DNA of 64,000 bases from Balanoglossus misakiensis (GCA_040954595.2 CM082579.2:7677625-7741624); one strand, 5' to 3'; counted from the stretch's first letter, positions 41,978 to 60,700 are shown. Notes: generated from the sequence alone by a model not told the origin. A program made the numbers and translations.

Positions 41978-42171
41978 CGTTCACATTTGAGAGAGAGAGA
42001 ACAGCAATGGAATTTTGTCTTATTTCCCTCGGCTCTGTCTCTCACCCTAATATTCTGTTGTCCATATTTTAAATAACAGGGCTTGCCGATAAAATCTTCG
42101 CGGCAGAGTTGCCCCAAACTGCGCCAACGGAAAAATCTGCTCCGAGAAAACGTGGTGAGAAAACGAGCGGA

Positions 42172-45100
42172 ATGGGTAACGGGCAGGGAATGGTCCGAGA
42201 CCAACAGCCGACGAAGGTAGACGATTTCTTCCGCGCCAGTTCGGCGCCGCGTACCCGGAGCCTCGCCAGTGCCATCATACACGCGATCAGAGACTCCCAA
42301 GACGACGATGATGATGGCGACGTCGTGTTCGCCGACGGCCGAACAACACTGAGCCAGCTGGACCACGGCTGGGATCCCAGCGACTCGTCACCCGGCGTGC
42401 GGATCCTGGACGACGGCATCACCGCGGTGCGGGCGCAGGCGGCGGGCACCACCGACGCCTCGCGGGGCAAGAAGGCCTACCAGTCCGGTTGTCACGTCTT
42501 CCGCTTCCACTGGCCCAGAGAAGAGCGGGGCTCGCACGCCACCGTCGGCTGCGGGACCTCTCAGGTGCCGCTCACCTGCGCAGGGTACTCGGCCCTGGTG
42601 GGAAGCACCCCAGACTCGTGGGGCCTGGACATCTCCGAAAATAAACTGCACCATGCGGGTAAAGAATGCGGGGTGTACCCTACAGGAAATAACCACTTAC
42701 CGGACACGTTTTACATGGTTTTAAATCTCGACGCCGGTACGCTTAGGTAAGTTACAGTCTCAAGTTAAAAACCCACTAAGTGGCGATCTCTTCAGGAATT
42801 TCTGATGTAGTACCGGTTAATGCATGGTTACTGTGTTAATGAGTTTCTATCGGATAGAATGATAGTGGCCATATCACTTACAAAATGCACTTACTTTGGA
42901 GAACCATTTACGGCCGTAGATCGCAAGTAAACTGGAACTAACTATGTTCAATTGGTTTGAAATGGAGTTGAAATGTAACTTAAAGACACCACGATCCTCT
43001 TTCAATCGTGCGTTCAGTTTCAGATCAACAAACAGCGGAGGGTTGGGGATAGCCTTCAACAATTTGCCGAAAGGCGATAAAGCGCTCTGTGTGATGGCCA
43101 GTGCAACAGCTGGAGACAGTCACGTCCAGATGAAGTACAGAGGGAGTGAAGGTAAGAGCGTGTTTTAGAATGATAATATGTGCTGTTCCGATTACATGGT
43201 TTTCAAAAATAGGGTAGGTAGGCAGGGAATTTTTTTTATTTTGCATTTTTTAATTTCTCTGGCCGCCGTAGTGTAAAAGAATGACGTCATATATACGTAT
43301 TGGTTTATCTTTTTCCAGCATATTTATATAAAACAAATATTCACCAATAAAGTCCAATACGTATATCTAACATGGGAAAAGGGCCTCGGAATTAATTCAT
43401 TGACGCACTAAGAAAAAGACGTCGAGTAGTCATATAAAACGTGTGATTCCGCCACACAACGGAGATAAATGAAGTCTTGGTTTCCTTAATATTGGCAGGG
43501 ACGCATGTTGGGTTGCTCCAGAGACAAGATCCAAGATCGTTTCCAGAACCAGCGGATCCGACGTTTTATACGTTCCACTCGAGGTGTGGCGAAAATGCTG
43601 AGGTGTTGTTCGGCGGTAAAATGGCCAGGCGTGTTGAGTGAGTTTCAATACTGTGCAACCTTATATACATGTACACTCTTCTCGCAAACCCACGAAGCCC
43701 TAGTCTCGGTTACATACACATACATGTACGTGGACAACTGTGAAACAAGGTGACATTAATCACATTCCCTTTAATTTTTCCCCCCTCGGCAGTGCCGACG
43801 ACAACCTCGACAAGGCAGTTGTGGTCACGTCGCAGCCCCTGGAAGACGGGGAGCTGTTCCAAGTTCGACTGGAGTCCAAGGCTTCCAAGGGTCACGGCTC
43901 CCTCGAAATTGGCGTCACCACCATTCCGGCCAACCAGCTATCCTTCCCGTCCTCCATGACAGACGTGAAGATCGGGGTCACTTTCATGTGGAGCGGCCAG
44001 GTTATTTTCAGGAACGGCAAAGAATTTCTGGATCTTGGTCATGATTACAGTAATATTACGGTTGGTTGCTTACTTGTGACATTATATCGGTTATTTTACT
44101 TAATTTTTCCAACGCCATAACTGTGGCGTGGCCCTGATTTTCCATGGTATATTTTTTGTTAGCTTGCACGGCCGATTGTTGCAACTCAACTCATACCCTG
44201 TATATGGGCATAACGTGTGACTATACGAACGACATAATTTTTGGTACTGACCGAAATGGTGGAAGGATTTTCTGTGTAGAGGGTGTGAGTTGCCTGTTAC
44301 AACAAACAATTTGTACTTTGTCACGCGCTGAAAATGCATGTCAATGAGAATATTCTAACCACGCCTTGGTTTATGACAGAGACCCCAATATATATGACAG
44401 ACACTGGGGTTTTTATGAACTGCCGTCTGTACCGCCTGGTAAATGCAGAAATTGACTCTCCCGAGAACTTTCTACATTTTGTCGTCTGTAAACTATCGAT
44501 CCCAATGAACGGGGACATTTGCAATTCGTTGTCCAGCGTGTATCTATTCTCGGCTTGTCAAATCTTGTCCGTTACTATGGCAATTACAAGTGTGAAAACT
44601 AGATGACATTCCACGGATGTCTTTTCTATGGCGCGCTTCCCCGATGAAGTTCCCCGGGAAAACAAAGATTTCTTTTATGCACGGACCCACGATGCGCAGA
44701 TACAGAGGAATTATACCTGACACGGATAAACCTTTGTTTCACCTTAGTGGTCGAGCGAACACTTGAGATAACAGTGCTGCTGTGTGCCGAAGTAAACAGA
44801 TTACAGAAGACTGCGCTCATGATATTCAAAAACAACATGCAAGTCTGTTAACAATATGACGTGGTGATCTAGGTCGCATTGGTCATGTGGCTAGCACATT
44901 TGAATTTCGTGCGACGATGTAACATCGCTCGATTGATGAACCCGAGCATGTGTGCACGTTTGAGGGCAGAGTCACCATGATGTGGATTTGTACATTGATG
45001 CAGGCGCGGGGGGGGGGGGGGTGTGATATTTTGGATTCAAAACCAGGTGGACATTCAGCAACGCCAGAACACGTAATTTATAATGTGCCAAAACCGACCT

Positions 45101-48100
45101 TGGCTCTCTACTCGTGATCGTCAACCTTTGATTACTTGCGGTCCGCCTTAGCATAGACAGTAGACTGTCTATGGCCTTAGGTAAAAGTTGACAATGGTAT
45201 GTGTGCGCGCGCATTTCTCAATCAGGGTCAGGCGGAGGTATATAGCCCTGTAAAGTTGTAGGTTATGGTAGATATTTATAGATACGCCCTATATTGAATA
45301 ACATTACTTTAAAGCTATATATGGAATTAACCTATAATTGTTTGTGTAGGTTGGCGACAGAATTGGTTTGAAGATTGATGCAGGAAAATTTCGTTTTTAT
45401 TTCAACGATCGTTGCCTTCCTCAAGAGATCAGTTTATCGGAAGTGCCATCCAGGGTCTATGGTGTTGTAGATATATGTGGTCAGGCGGAGAGAATCACTA
45501 TACTCGGTGAGGACTGGTGTATCCATCGATATGTAAATGTAATTCCCAAGGATTCATCCTTGATCACAAAAAGCACAATGAGTTGTTTGGAGAACACAAG
45601 ACAAGATGCAATACAATTTATAGCAACACAATGTGACGCAATGCGATGCAGTGAAGTTGTATCTTTATTAGCCTAGGCTATACTACTTCAGAGCAGATTT
45701 TTCAGATCTATTTTTCTCTTGAATATAAATACAGTACATTCTGGCCTTTTGGCGATTCTCTTTCTTTCACCATGATTACGCTGTTATCACCGACTCCATA
45801 CTGTAATGAGACGTTCACCATGACAATTTTCTGTAAATTTTCGAGCTATATTAATTCCGCTTGGACCATCTCCGTCAACAGGGTCGGACCGACCTGTCAG
45901 CAGGTTGTCCGTCGCGCCTCGGCGAAAAGAGGTGGTGCACTCTGCAACTCCGCTGTCGATCATGATGGGAATGAGATCCACCATCGACGCACTCAGAGAC
46001 ACGGCATTGGACGTTGCCATGGTTGCGCATGAGATCGACATCACCATACTGAAGCCCTACTATGCCAGTGACGGTGACGCGGCTCTGCGGACGCAGTACG
46101 GCGACCATTTGGCGGATCTCGCCGCCGCCGAAGAATTCGCCAAAGTGCTGAAGCGACTGTCAGAGGGCGCTGCGACGACCGACGAGGGAAGATGGAGGGC
46201 CGAACAAAACATTCGGCTGGCGTGCTGGAATTACTCTAATGTCAGTGTCAAGATGGCGGTTCAAATCGGTCAGGCCGGACTGCTTTCCGTTTTCCTGGAT
46301 GACTTGGATAAGTACGGGATCCCTCGAACAAAAAATGAGGTAAATTCCATAAACTGTACCACAGGCAAATCTATCTATCTGTCTGTCTGTCTGTCTGTCT
46401 CCGGGGTAATTTAGATCCCAATCTGTAGATGAGTTGGTCCTGGTTTCTCCATTGTCAGCAATGATTTTTATTAAGTTCTTTCTTTACCCAGAAACGCAGA
46501 TTCAACGTTCTGTCAGCGCTCAACATTTTACACAACTGCGCGAAGGCAATAGAGAACGGTCGGATCTATCGTGATCTCAAGGCCCTCGGAAGAATTGCCA
46601 AGTTTTTGAAATCCGACGACAAAGAGTACGTGATGGTTGCCGCGCTGACGGTGTCGTACATCTGCGAGGACGACCAGATGGATTCGGTGGAGATGGACAC
46701 TAGGGCAGCCAAGCATATTTTGAGCGTGCTGAAACGGGCGCTGGACTCCCCGGACTTGTACGGGCGGGCCGACGAAAGCGGCTACTCCGTGTTGGAGTTG
46801 ACGCAGGGACTGAGTCAACTGGCCATCAACGACCAGAACAAAGCTACCTTGATGGAATGCGGAGCGCTGCCGATGATGACCAAAGCCGCCACCCGAGGAG
46901 GGCCGATGGAACAAGAGCACGCCGCCGACGTCATGTGGAGGCTGGCGCAAAGCGGAGAGGGTGCGCGCAAGAAAGTGGAGAGAGATGCCGCGGAGACGCT
47001 GACCAGGCTGAAAAGGAGTAACAGCGCCCCTGTACAAGAAGCAGCACAGCGAGTTTTGTTTACGATTCAACCTAGGCAGAATTTTGTCGGTGGAGGTGAG
47101 TTTACGTTATTCTTGGATGTGTTTATTTGTTTGTTTGGGATGGCCTGTCTGTCTGTTTTTCTTGTCGTTGTGTGTGTGTCTATGTGTGTGCATGTGCGTG
47201 CATAGGCCTATATACAAACGCTGCTCACATGTCCTGTGTTCGAGTTTTGGTATCATTCTCGTTGCGCGACGCTGCACCTGCTCGAGAATATGCTAATGTC
47301 TTTCTACAGCCATTGGTGACAAAGCGTGAACAGTTCAAGCCTTGGCATCACCAAAGCAAAAAGGGTGATTGACTGTTTTTCTTACAGGAAGGGCAGCAGA
47401 GAAGAGAGAACCTACTGACTGTGAATATAGATCACTGTGCAAACGTTTCTTGAATACCATTGATTTGGAAGGTAGGAATATTTAGTCAAAGTTTCTCATC
47501 GACGGCGTTAAAATTGCCACCCCACCGAGAGTAACTGACAGCGTGAATCCCTATTTTCATTGGCATTTTCTCTCATTTTCCGCTTACGCCTTCTCTCTTT
47601 TAAAACCAAAAATTCTGTAACACCCTCTTCCCATACAGCGGATTTTTTCAACCCTAAGTACGACTCGTGCTACTGTGAATCGTGTCGCATGACGAGAGAA
47701 GATTTCTTCTATTACTACCGAGGAGAGCCCGCCATGATTTATGGTCTTCCGGTTGGGTGGTGTCGCTTCGGTTTGCAGTAAGTTGTATTTTCTTGTTGCC
47801 TCCTGCGGTCCGAGAAATTTTGAAAATCGTTTTCCATCACCCCATTTGAAAGTAGTGATTACGAACAGAGACCCTGGACGCCCCCGATATCATTACTTTG
47901 CGGCCATCGAAGGACTGTGAACGGATGTAATACGATTCGAACTGTTGATTGTTTTCAACACCGTAACAAACAGGTGACACCATTCGTGGCATTTATGTTC
48001 TTTCAGCATACACAGGCGCCGAGCTGGCGCTCTCCGGGTCTTCCAGGACTGGCACATTGCCTATCACGGCACGACCGTGGGCTCCATCAAACCAATTCTG

Positions 48101-48845
48101 CAAACAGGTGAACTACTGTTGCCAGGTGTGTACACATAAAATGTAAAGTTATGTTCCGTTCGTGTATACACTTTGCATTGAACAGGTTTCTGAAGGCGGC
48201 CATACCTTGTCTTCTACATGAAGGACGTGTAACACTAACATAATGGTTCCCTGCCTTGACCAGTTTTTAAAAATAAATTTATTGCTGTTTGTGTAGGTGA
48301 CGTCGCTTACGGGGGAATGCAAGTGAGCGAAGGAGAAGGACATTTCAACGACAGTTGGAAACCTACAGGCTTTGATACTAAAAACATATTCATGTCTCCG
48401 TCTATTCGCTACGCGGGTATCGACTGTTACTCCAAACCCCATACGTAAGTTCTCGTATATTAGAAAAACATAGAGGGTAGAAATATTATCCTGGGTGTAC
48501 CTTAAAATATTAACCCCATTGTGAGAAAAGTGTTACATACCCTCTTTGAAGATTTTTCAATCGCGTTCGTGTAGTAAAATCTGCATCGCCGAATTCGCTT
48601 GTTCACTTAGTGTGTCACTGTTTTCTCCTCCTTTATTTAGATTCACAGACAGCCAAACCGGCAGAACTTACCAAGCCCAAGTGGCTTTCCAGATGTGCGT
48701 ACGCCCCGCCAGCTACAAAGTGGGTAAAGACACGGTCGGGGTGACCTATCCGTTAGATCCAAGAATTGACAACCAGAACATCGAGTGGTACACCAAGGAA
48801 CGTGGCGCCATATTCCTGTACGGACTTCTGGTTAGACTGGTATAA
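42172..48845 (+). CDS. SPRY - NHR - ARM-repeat protein with a NEURL4-type ADP-ribosyltransferase-like C-terminus (12 exons, ~1009 aa)
   Basis: Exons 42172-42746, 43018-43151, 43499-43637, 43793-44060, 45350-45506, 45882-46339, 46492-47095, 47388-47471, 47639-47777, 48007-48125, 48297-48444, 48641-48845 total 3030 nt in frame. SPSB-like SPRY (HGWDP..TDASRGK..RGSHATVG..SWGLD), NHR (FHSRCGEN..GSLEIGVT..VYGVVDICG), ARM-like helices, then CYCESC..LPVGWCRFG..AYHGT..SPSIRYA..VRPASY..IEW. The frame is open back to an acceptor at 42080, so an upstream exon is possible. Confidence 0.8.
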
Positions 48846-48999
48846 ACCGCCATTTTGTGTCATTATTTACCATTATTTTTAATCGGTCAAGCACTGAATG
48901 ACTTTTAGCCGAATTCCCTTTCTGTCGTATATCTTTTTTCCGTCCAATCATCCATCCAATCCACATATTATTATTGTGTGTGTGTGTTAGTGTTACTGT

Positions 49000-49000
49000 A

Positions 49001-49035
<35 letters not shown>

Positions 49036-49047
49036 GAGAGAGAGAGA
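49000..49047. repeat. (GA)n microsatellite
   Basis: agagagag... run, seen directly. Confidence 0.9.
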
Positions 49048-49363
49048 ATGCCAATGGATTAATTCTCTACGTCATGCTATAGGGTTTTATTTGATAGCCA
49101 TTATTATATACAATTTAGCCTTTGAATAGCTTCAGGTGTTTACTTATTTTGAGTTGAAGGAGAGTGGTTACCAGGATTTTGAGTATCTCCTTGAAGCCAA
49201 GACATTGAATAAAGATATGCTGTGCATAGCATTACTCCACTATCAGTTACACTTATGTCAAAGAGAAACTTTGTTGACTGGACACATTTATTAACGCTGC
49301 TTGCGGGAGACAATGTACATCCAGATCGACACAAGGTGATTTCCGGCCTCTGCGGCATCCGTA

Positions 49364-51349
49364 TTATGGTTGTAGCGCCCTCAATGTGATTGCGATGCTG
49401 ACAGACAGGAATGGCCGAATATGCATACTAGTATAACTATGAGGAGCCGATGCGGAGTTGACATCATCCAAGTCTTTAGCGTATTGTTGGCAAACCTGTG
49501 GGTTAAAGTCAATCGCAGATATATGTAAATATGTATGAAACAATTTTCTTGATAAAATCATAGATAGATATGGGTTGACGCCGTGGATCAGTTGCAAGAT
49601 AATCTTTTGTGCGCCTTTGGTAGCAATGCCCAGTGAGCTATGTATACAACAACACACACACACACACACAATCAAAAAAAGAAAATTCACAGGCGTTGAA
49701 CGCGATATCACAAAGACTTCCATAAGCATTCTGAACATATGTGTTAGAAACTTACTTGATCGTTCGGATTTTCTGGACCAGCAAACGATAACGTCATGCA
49801 GTTTTCGTCGTCCGGTGTATACGTCCACGCGCCAAATATATTCTCGCACATTCTCCGGGCACTGCCGAAGTATTCCAGAAACGTTCTGCACTGTTTGTCT
49901 TCTGGGCATTTATTGGTGCCTGTTGACGAGTAGTCACAAATGAGTGTTTTAATTGTAAAAAAAAAAAGCTGTGTAAAACTAGAAGACAACGCAATACCGT
50001 CTTCAATTGTGCAGGGAAAGCGTTTGACCAGTAGTAAAAAGTTAGAAGTTCAAACATCTCCACTTGAAACATCTCCAAACACACACAATTCATTTTCATA
50101 CATCATTCGTAATTGAAATTCAAATGACACAGGTGTTGTTCCTGTAAAGTACAAACTTTAACACTCTCGAATAGGAATTCTTTCACAATACAAATAACAC
50201 CGGCCCGGCCCGTCATCCCCACCTGTTGACCAATCCCAACCGGAACTCCAGTCATCTGAGCACGTGTAGTCGTCGCGACAGGCTTCCCACCATGCATCAC
50301 ACTCACTTGCACATATAGGTATGTCCACAAATCGTTGGTTTCGAATGTTTTTGTCCTCCTGACGAAGAAAAGTAGCAGGAACTTCAAGTTATTGGCCGCA
50401 TTACTATTTTATATCACGCAATCAAAAATACATGCACACGTTTATTATGTTGAAAGTTTTCATTCCGCGCGTGGTTGTCGCGCGCGCCTTTGAACAACGC
50501 ATGTCAAATGATCAATAAACTCGATGGAGTGGATTTGATTTTTCCAAGTAAAATGATTTAGTTTCAGAAGTGTTATTGGTAACTCGTTAGTCAGCTGTAT
50601 GACTCACGTAGACCAGCCAGGGTCCTGTGTTTGGTGAACATTCATAGAAACACAGATCCTTCATCATCCACTGCCAACACCCAAGTGATATGTTGCCGCA
50701 GTGGTTCCAGTCAAAGCCATGCCAAACATCCGAATAATGCATGTCAGTTGTGGTCTCCGAATCGCAACACGCTCTCCCGCTCCACGGTTGACACTGAAAT
50801 TACAAACAAACAAACAAATTTATCCCATATGTAAAGCTGAACTGTTCTATGCACTATTAGTATGGGAATCCGGAAGGGACATGTAAATCAAAAGCAATGA
50901 ACAGATACAAAACTTTTCATATGAGAAGTTCATTGGTTTGTACTAGGCCGTGTATGTAACACGATTCTCTGCAAGTATATCTACAGTGTGTTTGCCCTGA
51001 TATCATTGTAGACTTCATCACGTGAAACTCTTTGATAAGGCGATATTTTCACGAACTGAGCACAAGACACTTATATCTCACATATTATAAAAAAACAATG
51101 ACTCCTTGAAACTAAAGCTAGGGAGGACGGCTTCTGTGATGAAAAAAAAATCACTCAACTTACAATTCCGTGTAGGTCTGGTTCGGCTTCCGGGGCCGCT
51201 TTGTGATATGTGCCCTCCAGACACGTGTTTATATTCTCTTCATAAGTGCGATTTTTCGCGACACTGATGTACGCGAAGGAGGAGGACAGACAGATCAAGC
51301 AGAGCGCTGAGATCATCAGTGTGTGTCGGCAGGCGTTGACAGCTGCCAT
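49364..51349 (-). CDS. Folate receptor / riboflavin-binding protein family, probably GPI-anchored (5 exons, ~267 aa)
   Basis: Exons 51349-51164, 50793-50608, 50358-50223, 49919-49756, 49495-49364 total 804 nt in frame. It has a signal peptide, HKAAPEAE, CQPWSGRACC, DLCFYECSPNTGPW, CDAWWEAC..YTC..W..GWDW, NPN and a hydrophobic tail. Confidence 0.9.
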
Positions 51350-52000
51350 TATGGTTTGTGTAAAGACGTAGGCTATGGGTCGCTTGGTTCTCTCCTACTA
51401 CCAGAAAGCTTATGTCATTCAGAATACTTGTGATGAGTATGTCCTCGGTGATGATGATCTGTCCATTTCTCTTATCTGCCTTCTGTCAGGTGATCGTTAC
51501 GTAATCGTTTTAATCAAAGGTCGAAGACACGAAAAGACCATGGCTTTACCTCATGATAAGTCCCATTGTGCTTGAAGTTTCTTTTCGGTGAGGGATTTTA
51601 TGCTGAAGAAAATAATTCATGGTTCATTTAGTAATACATGTAGTATACTATGTGTATGTTTATCCTCTGCCACATGTTGAACATTTCAAAAACATGGTGC
51701 CCCCCCCTGCAAAAATAACTAGGGTGACCCCCCTCCCCCCGCCGGAGACACTGGCCAGTCCCTGGACGTGGTGGTAAGGGTATACAGGCAGAGATTATTT
51801 AGCATATTTGCGTGGCATTCTCTGTTTTCACAGACACCAGTGAGCGCCAGCTGCATTTTACTATCATTTTATAGCTCGACAGTACAAAAATGAATGGGCA
51901 TCCGCATGATTTTGAGGTTGGCGGGGGATTATGCATGGTAGAACACGGAGCTCAGTAGAATAAGCGGGATCATCTTGTCTAATTAGCTATGCATTATCGG

Positions 52001-52570
<570 letters not shown>

Positions 52571-52601
52571 ATCCGTGTGCTTTAGCATACACATAACAAA
52601 C

Positions 52602-52637
52602 GGCCCTTTTCAGGGCCACCACTCCCTCCAAAAAGAG
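52602..52637 (+). terminator. Histone mRNA 3' stem-loop and purine-rich downstream element (U7 site)
   Basis: GGCCCT-TTTC-AGGGCC followed by ACCA (52602-52621), then AAAAAGAG at ~52630-52637. Confidence 0.93.
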
Positions 52638-53189
52638 AACTACTGATATGAGCAATTTCTTTTCAATGTTACACAACCCCAACTGAATTCAGTAGGTGCC
52701 ATCAATAATTGCAAAAAGTTACCTTTGTAGGCGACGAAGGCAGCTTTTGGCGCCAGCCCATTGAATCTTTGTCACAGCTATGAAAAGTGGGGAATTGAAG
52801 AAGACAGCTAACAATAAAAATCCCACATAAAATTTTTTAAGAAGCATTTCCTCAGTGGATGTGACATTGTTAGCTAAATATTTTCAGTGAAAAGTAGTTC
52901 CAGGGAGCGATAAATTTCTGCCCCTGTGACCATTAGTTGCCATTACGGCGGTCCACCATGTTTTTGCTGTCAACTGCGATTCTTGTGAAGTTTTTTGTAG
53001 TGCGCTTTCATACCCACCCCTGACTGTTGTAACTGAAAGCTCTATGAAAAGGCATCAATCTCTAAGTCAAAACAGACATTGATTTGCTGTCTTTTGAAAC
53101 ATGCACAAAACATTTGAACTAAACAATATTGTAAATAGAATTTTATTTTCTAAAAATAATGAAATTTCATAAACACGACGGCAGTTCAT

Positions 53190-58040
<4,851 letters not shown>

Positions 58041-58449
58041 TTTAAGCTGATCCGAGGTTGCGAAATCAAAACAACATGCGAGTCGCCATTTTCTTTACCT
58101 TTGACCTTGTTTTGAACCTCGCCCGAGCTTCATAGACATATTTTATTTTCATTTCCAAGATTATTTGTCTACACACCGGTAACCTGCATTCAATGTACTT
58201 ACATTAAACTTACAGTTTCTCATGATTTCATTCATTATATATATTGAAGAGAATTTGCAATCAAATTCATTCTGGATAAATCTCGTATTAATCAATGTGA
58301 ACGAGGGCTTGTTCAGACATGCGCAATATGAACTTTTCGCTTTCCGAGTATTCAGCACTTTGCGTATTGTGTTGTGGTGGATGTTGTCATTCCAGCGTTA
58401 CAGGTGACAATATTACAGCGTTACAGGTTAGTGCCGATAAATCGCAAAC

Positions 58450-60234
58450 ATGTCGAAGGGGGGTAAAACTACCAAGGACATCGGACCCGAACGACGAGCC
58501 GAAATGAGGGCTAAAGTAGTGAAACAGGTCGAGTGTGAAAAGAACGCACACAGAATCGTTGAGCGGTTGCTTGACAATCCAGTGTCGTCGGAGTACTTGA
58601 TCGACTGTGCCGTTTACATAACACCCCAGCACTATTCAGACATTGTTGAAGAAAGGGCGCTTGTTTCTCAGTGCGGTTACCCTGTGTGTAACGGCACACT
58701 GAGAAACGTCCCGAACCAAAAGTACCACATATCCACCAAAGCCAACAACGTGTATGACATCACGGAAAGGAAGCGTTTCTGCCGCAACCACTGCTACAAA
58801 GCCTCGAAGTTCTTCGAGAGGCAGCTGAGCTCGTCACCTGTGTGGGTCAGAGAGGAAGAAAAGCCCCAGAGGGTTACCTTGTTGTCCGAAGAGGAGGGTA
58901 AAAACAATGACAGGGGATGCGGAGAGGAAATGCTCCACGTTGCCAGAGTTCAAGAGAGGGATGTCGAAGGTATTGACGAAGAGGAAGTCACTGTCGGGCA
59001 AGTCGCTGAACATTTGTCTTCGCTGATGTTTGAGGGCGATTCACGTGCAGATGGTGGTTCCCCAGACAAAAGTCCACGAACAGAGACGGCGACCGATGCC
59101 AACAGTGGGCATCATGATGTGGAGACAAGTGAACACGGTGCGCCTGTGCACGTCAAGAGCAATGGTACATCATTGTCAAAAAATGCTGCAACCAGAAGAG
59201 ATGTGGCCAGTAATAGCCAAGAAGGTGAAAAAGATGTGACCAGTAAATTCGAATCAAGAGTGGTGGATGCTGTAGGCGAAGTGAGAGTACAGGCAAAAGC
59301 CGTTACCATTAAAGGTGATCAAGATTGTGTCAAAGGGAAGAAAGCAAAGAAAGATAGGCAAAGGAAGAAATCGAAAAATAAGTTGACTGCACTAGATGTT
59401 GTATATAGTACGTTGCATGACTGGAAAACCGTTGAAACTGTCAGATTTCTCTTCGGTGATACAGCAGCGTCTGAATACGAACAGTTGAAGCCGACTGAAC
59501 AGCAAGCGAGCCTTGCCACAGCTCAGGGACAAGCTCCCAATCAAGGAACGGCAGACAACTTTTCTCAGGAGTTTCATCAGCCCAATACAAGCCAACCGCT
59601 CACGGGCGGAGAGACCACTGGAGCAGACGAAGAACACCTCCCAGAGACAGTTGTTGCAGAAAAGCCCGACTCGGGGAAATCAGCGGAAGGATATCAACCA
59701 TCAGGGCCACTCCCAGACTGGCCGAGGATCGAGAAAGAACAGGAGCTGTACGAGCTCAAAGTCAAGGAATTCTTCACCCCGGGAGTGTTGAGGAAAGAGC
59801 AGGCGGCACAGAAGAGCGACACGGAAAGCAGAGAAGACGACGCCAGACCGGCCGTACTCCCACCGGTAGACTCTAAATCCCAAAAGGGAATCCGCCGAAA
59901 GATAGTCTCTGATAAAGTGAAGCAAGCGTTCTCTGGTGTACTCGGACCGCTCGGCTTGATGCAAAGGGATGTCTCCGTCAGCCTAAATGATTTACTGAAA
60001 ACGTTTAATCTCCAGAGCACAAACATCACGCTGAGGTCACCTGAGTGGATGATCGCGGCCATTGCTCTGCTCTATCTTCTGTCCAAAAAACACCGCCACT
60101 TACGAGATGCTCTAGACAAAACTACTTCAGCGACGCGTCTGTCAGTTCTGCTTGAACGAGCAGGCACTCGATTGGAGGATATTCACAGGCTAGTGGAAAA
60201 GTTGACTGACCAACACAAAAATGCTGAACAATGA
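58450..60234 (+). CDS. RPAP2: RNA polymerase II-associated protein 2 (Rtr1-type CTD phosphatase), single exon
   Basis: Y.DIVEER..CGYPVC..KYHISTK.N.VYDITERK.FC..CYKAS zinc motif; C-terminal LPPVDS.SQ..IRRKIV and TFNL...NI. Confidence 0.93.
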   Translation: MSKGGKTTKDIGPERRAEMRAKVVKQVECEKNAHRIVERLLDNPVSSEYLIDCAVYITPQHYSDIVEERALVSQCGYPVCNGTLRNVPNQKYHISTKANNVYDITERKRFCRNHCYKASKFFERQLSSSPVWVREEEKPQRVTLLSEEEGKNNDRGCGEEMLHVARVQERDVEGIDEEEVTVGQVAEHLSSLMFEGDSRADGGSPDKSPRTETATDANSGHHDVETSEHGAPVHVKSNGTSLSKNAATRRDVASNSQEGEKDVTSKFESRVVDAVGEVRVQAKAVTIKGDQDCVKGKKAKKDRQRKKSKNKLTALDVVYSTLHDWKTVETVRFLFGDTAASEYEQLKPTEQQASLATAQGQAPNQGTADNFSQEFHQPNTSQPLTGGETTGADEEHLPETVVAEKPDSGKSAEGYQPSGPLPDWPRIEKEQELYELKVKEFFTPGVLRKEQAAQKSDTESREDDARPAVLPPVDSKSQKGIRRKIVSDKVKQAFSGVLGPLGLMQRDVSVSLNDLLKTFNLQSTNITLRSPEWMIAAIALLYLLSKKHRHLRDALDKTTSATRLSVLLERAGTRLEDIHRLVEKLTDQHKNAEQ

Positions 60235-60499
60235 AATGTAAGCAGTGAACAGAAGTAAAATGAATGAACGTACCAGTCTATTTATTGCATTTATATGCCC
60301 CCAGCCCCATTGCAAGGAGTTACATTTCAAAATCATCTACAATATTAATAATTTATGCACTAAAATACAGATTATATAATTATTCAGACAGACATTGCCT
60401 TATAAAGAAATACTAGTATGCACAGTCTTCGCAAAACGACACCACTCGTAGACGGTAGCAAGTTGTTCAATTTACATTGATTCGGATAGAGAGAATATT

Positions 60500-60700
60500 C
60501 ATTTGGGTGTATTAAATGACCCAGCAGGGCATTCTAACAGGAAGTTGAACTCGTCCCCAACTTTGTTTAAATTCCAAACGTGACAATATCATTCAGTAGA
60601 AATAATACCCGTGCGTCTACTGTCTTCAATGATCAATGGAAGACAGCCACACCAACATGCCGATATTTGAAAGAACACTAAGATTGGTTCGTAAATACTT
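60500..60700 (-). mobile_element. Decayed 3' fragment of a non-LTR retrotransposon ORF2
   Basis: The minus strand reads LPLIIEDSRRTGIISTE*YCHVWNLNKVGDEFNFLLECP, resembling the IE.GR..C..C..DE.HFL..CP C-terminal motif of LINE ORF2. It contains a stop codon. Confidence 0.45.

Noticed and set aside
44870-44975. Faint resemblance to 5.8S rRNA
   Set aside because: Only a few short words match, there is no 18S/28S context, and it lies in an intron.
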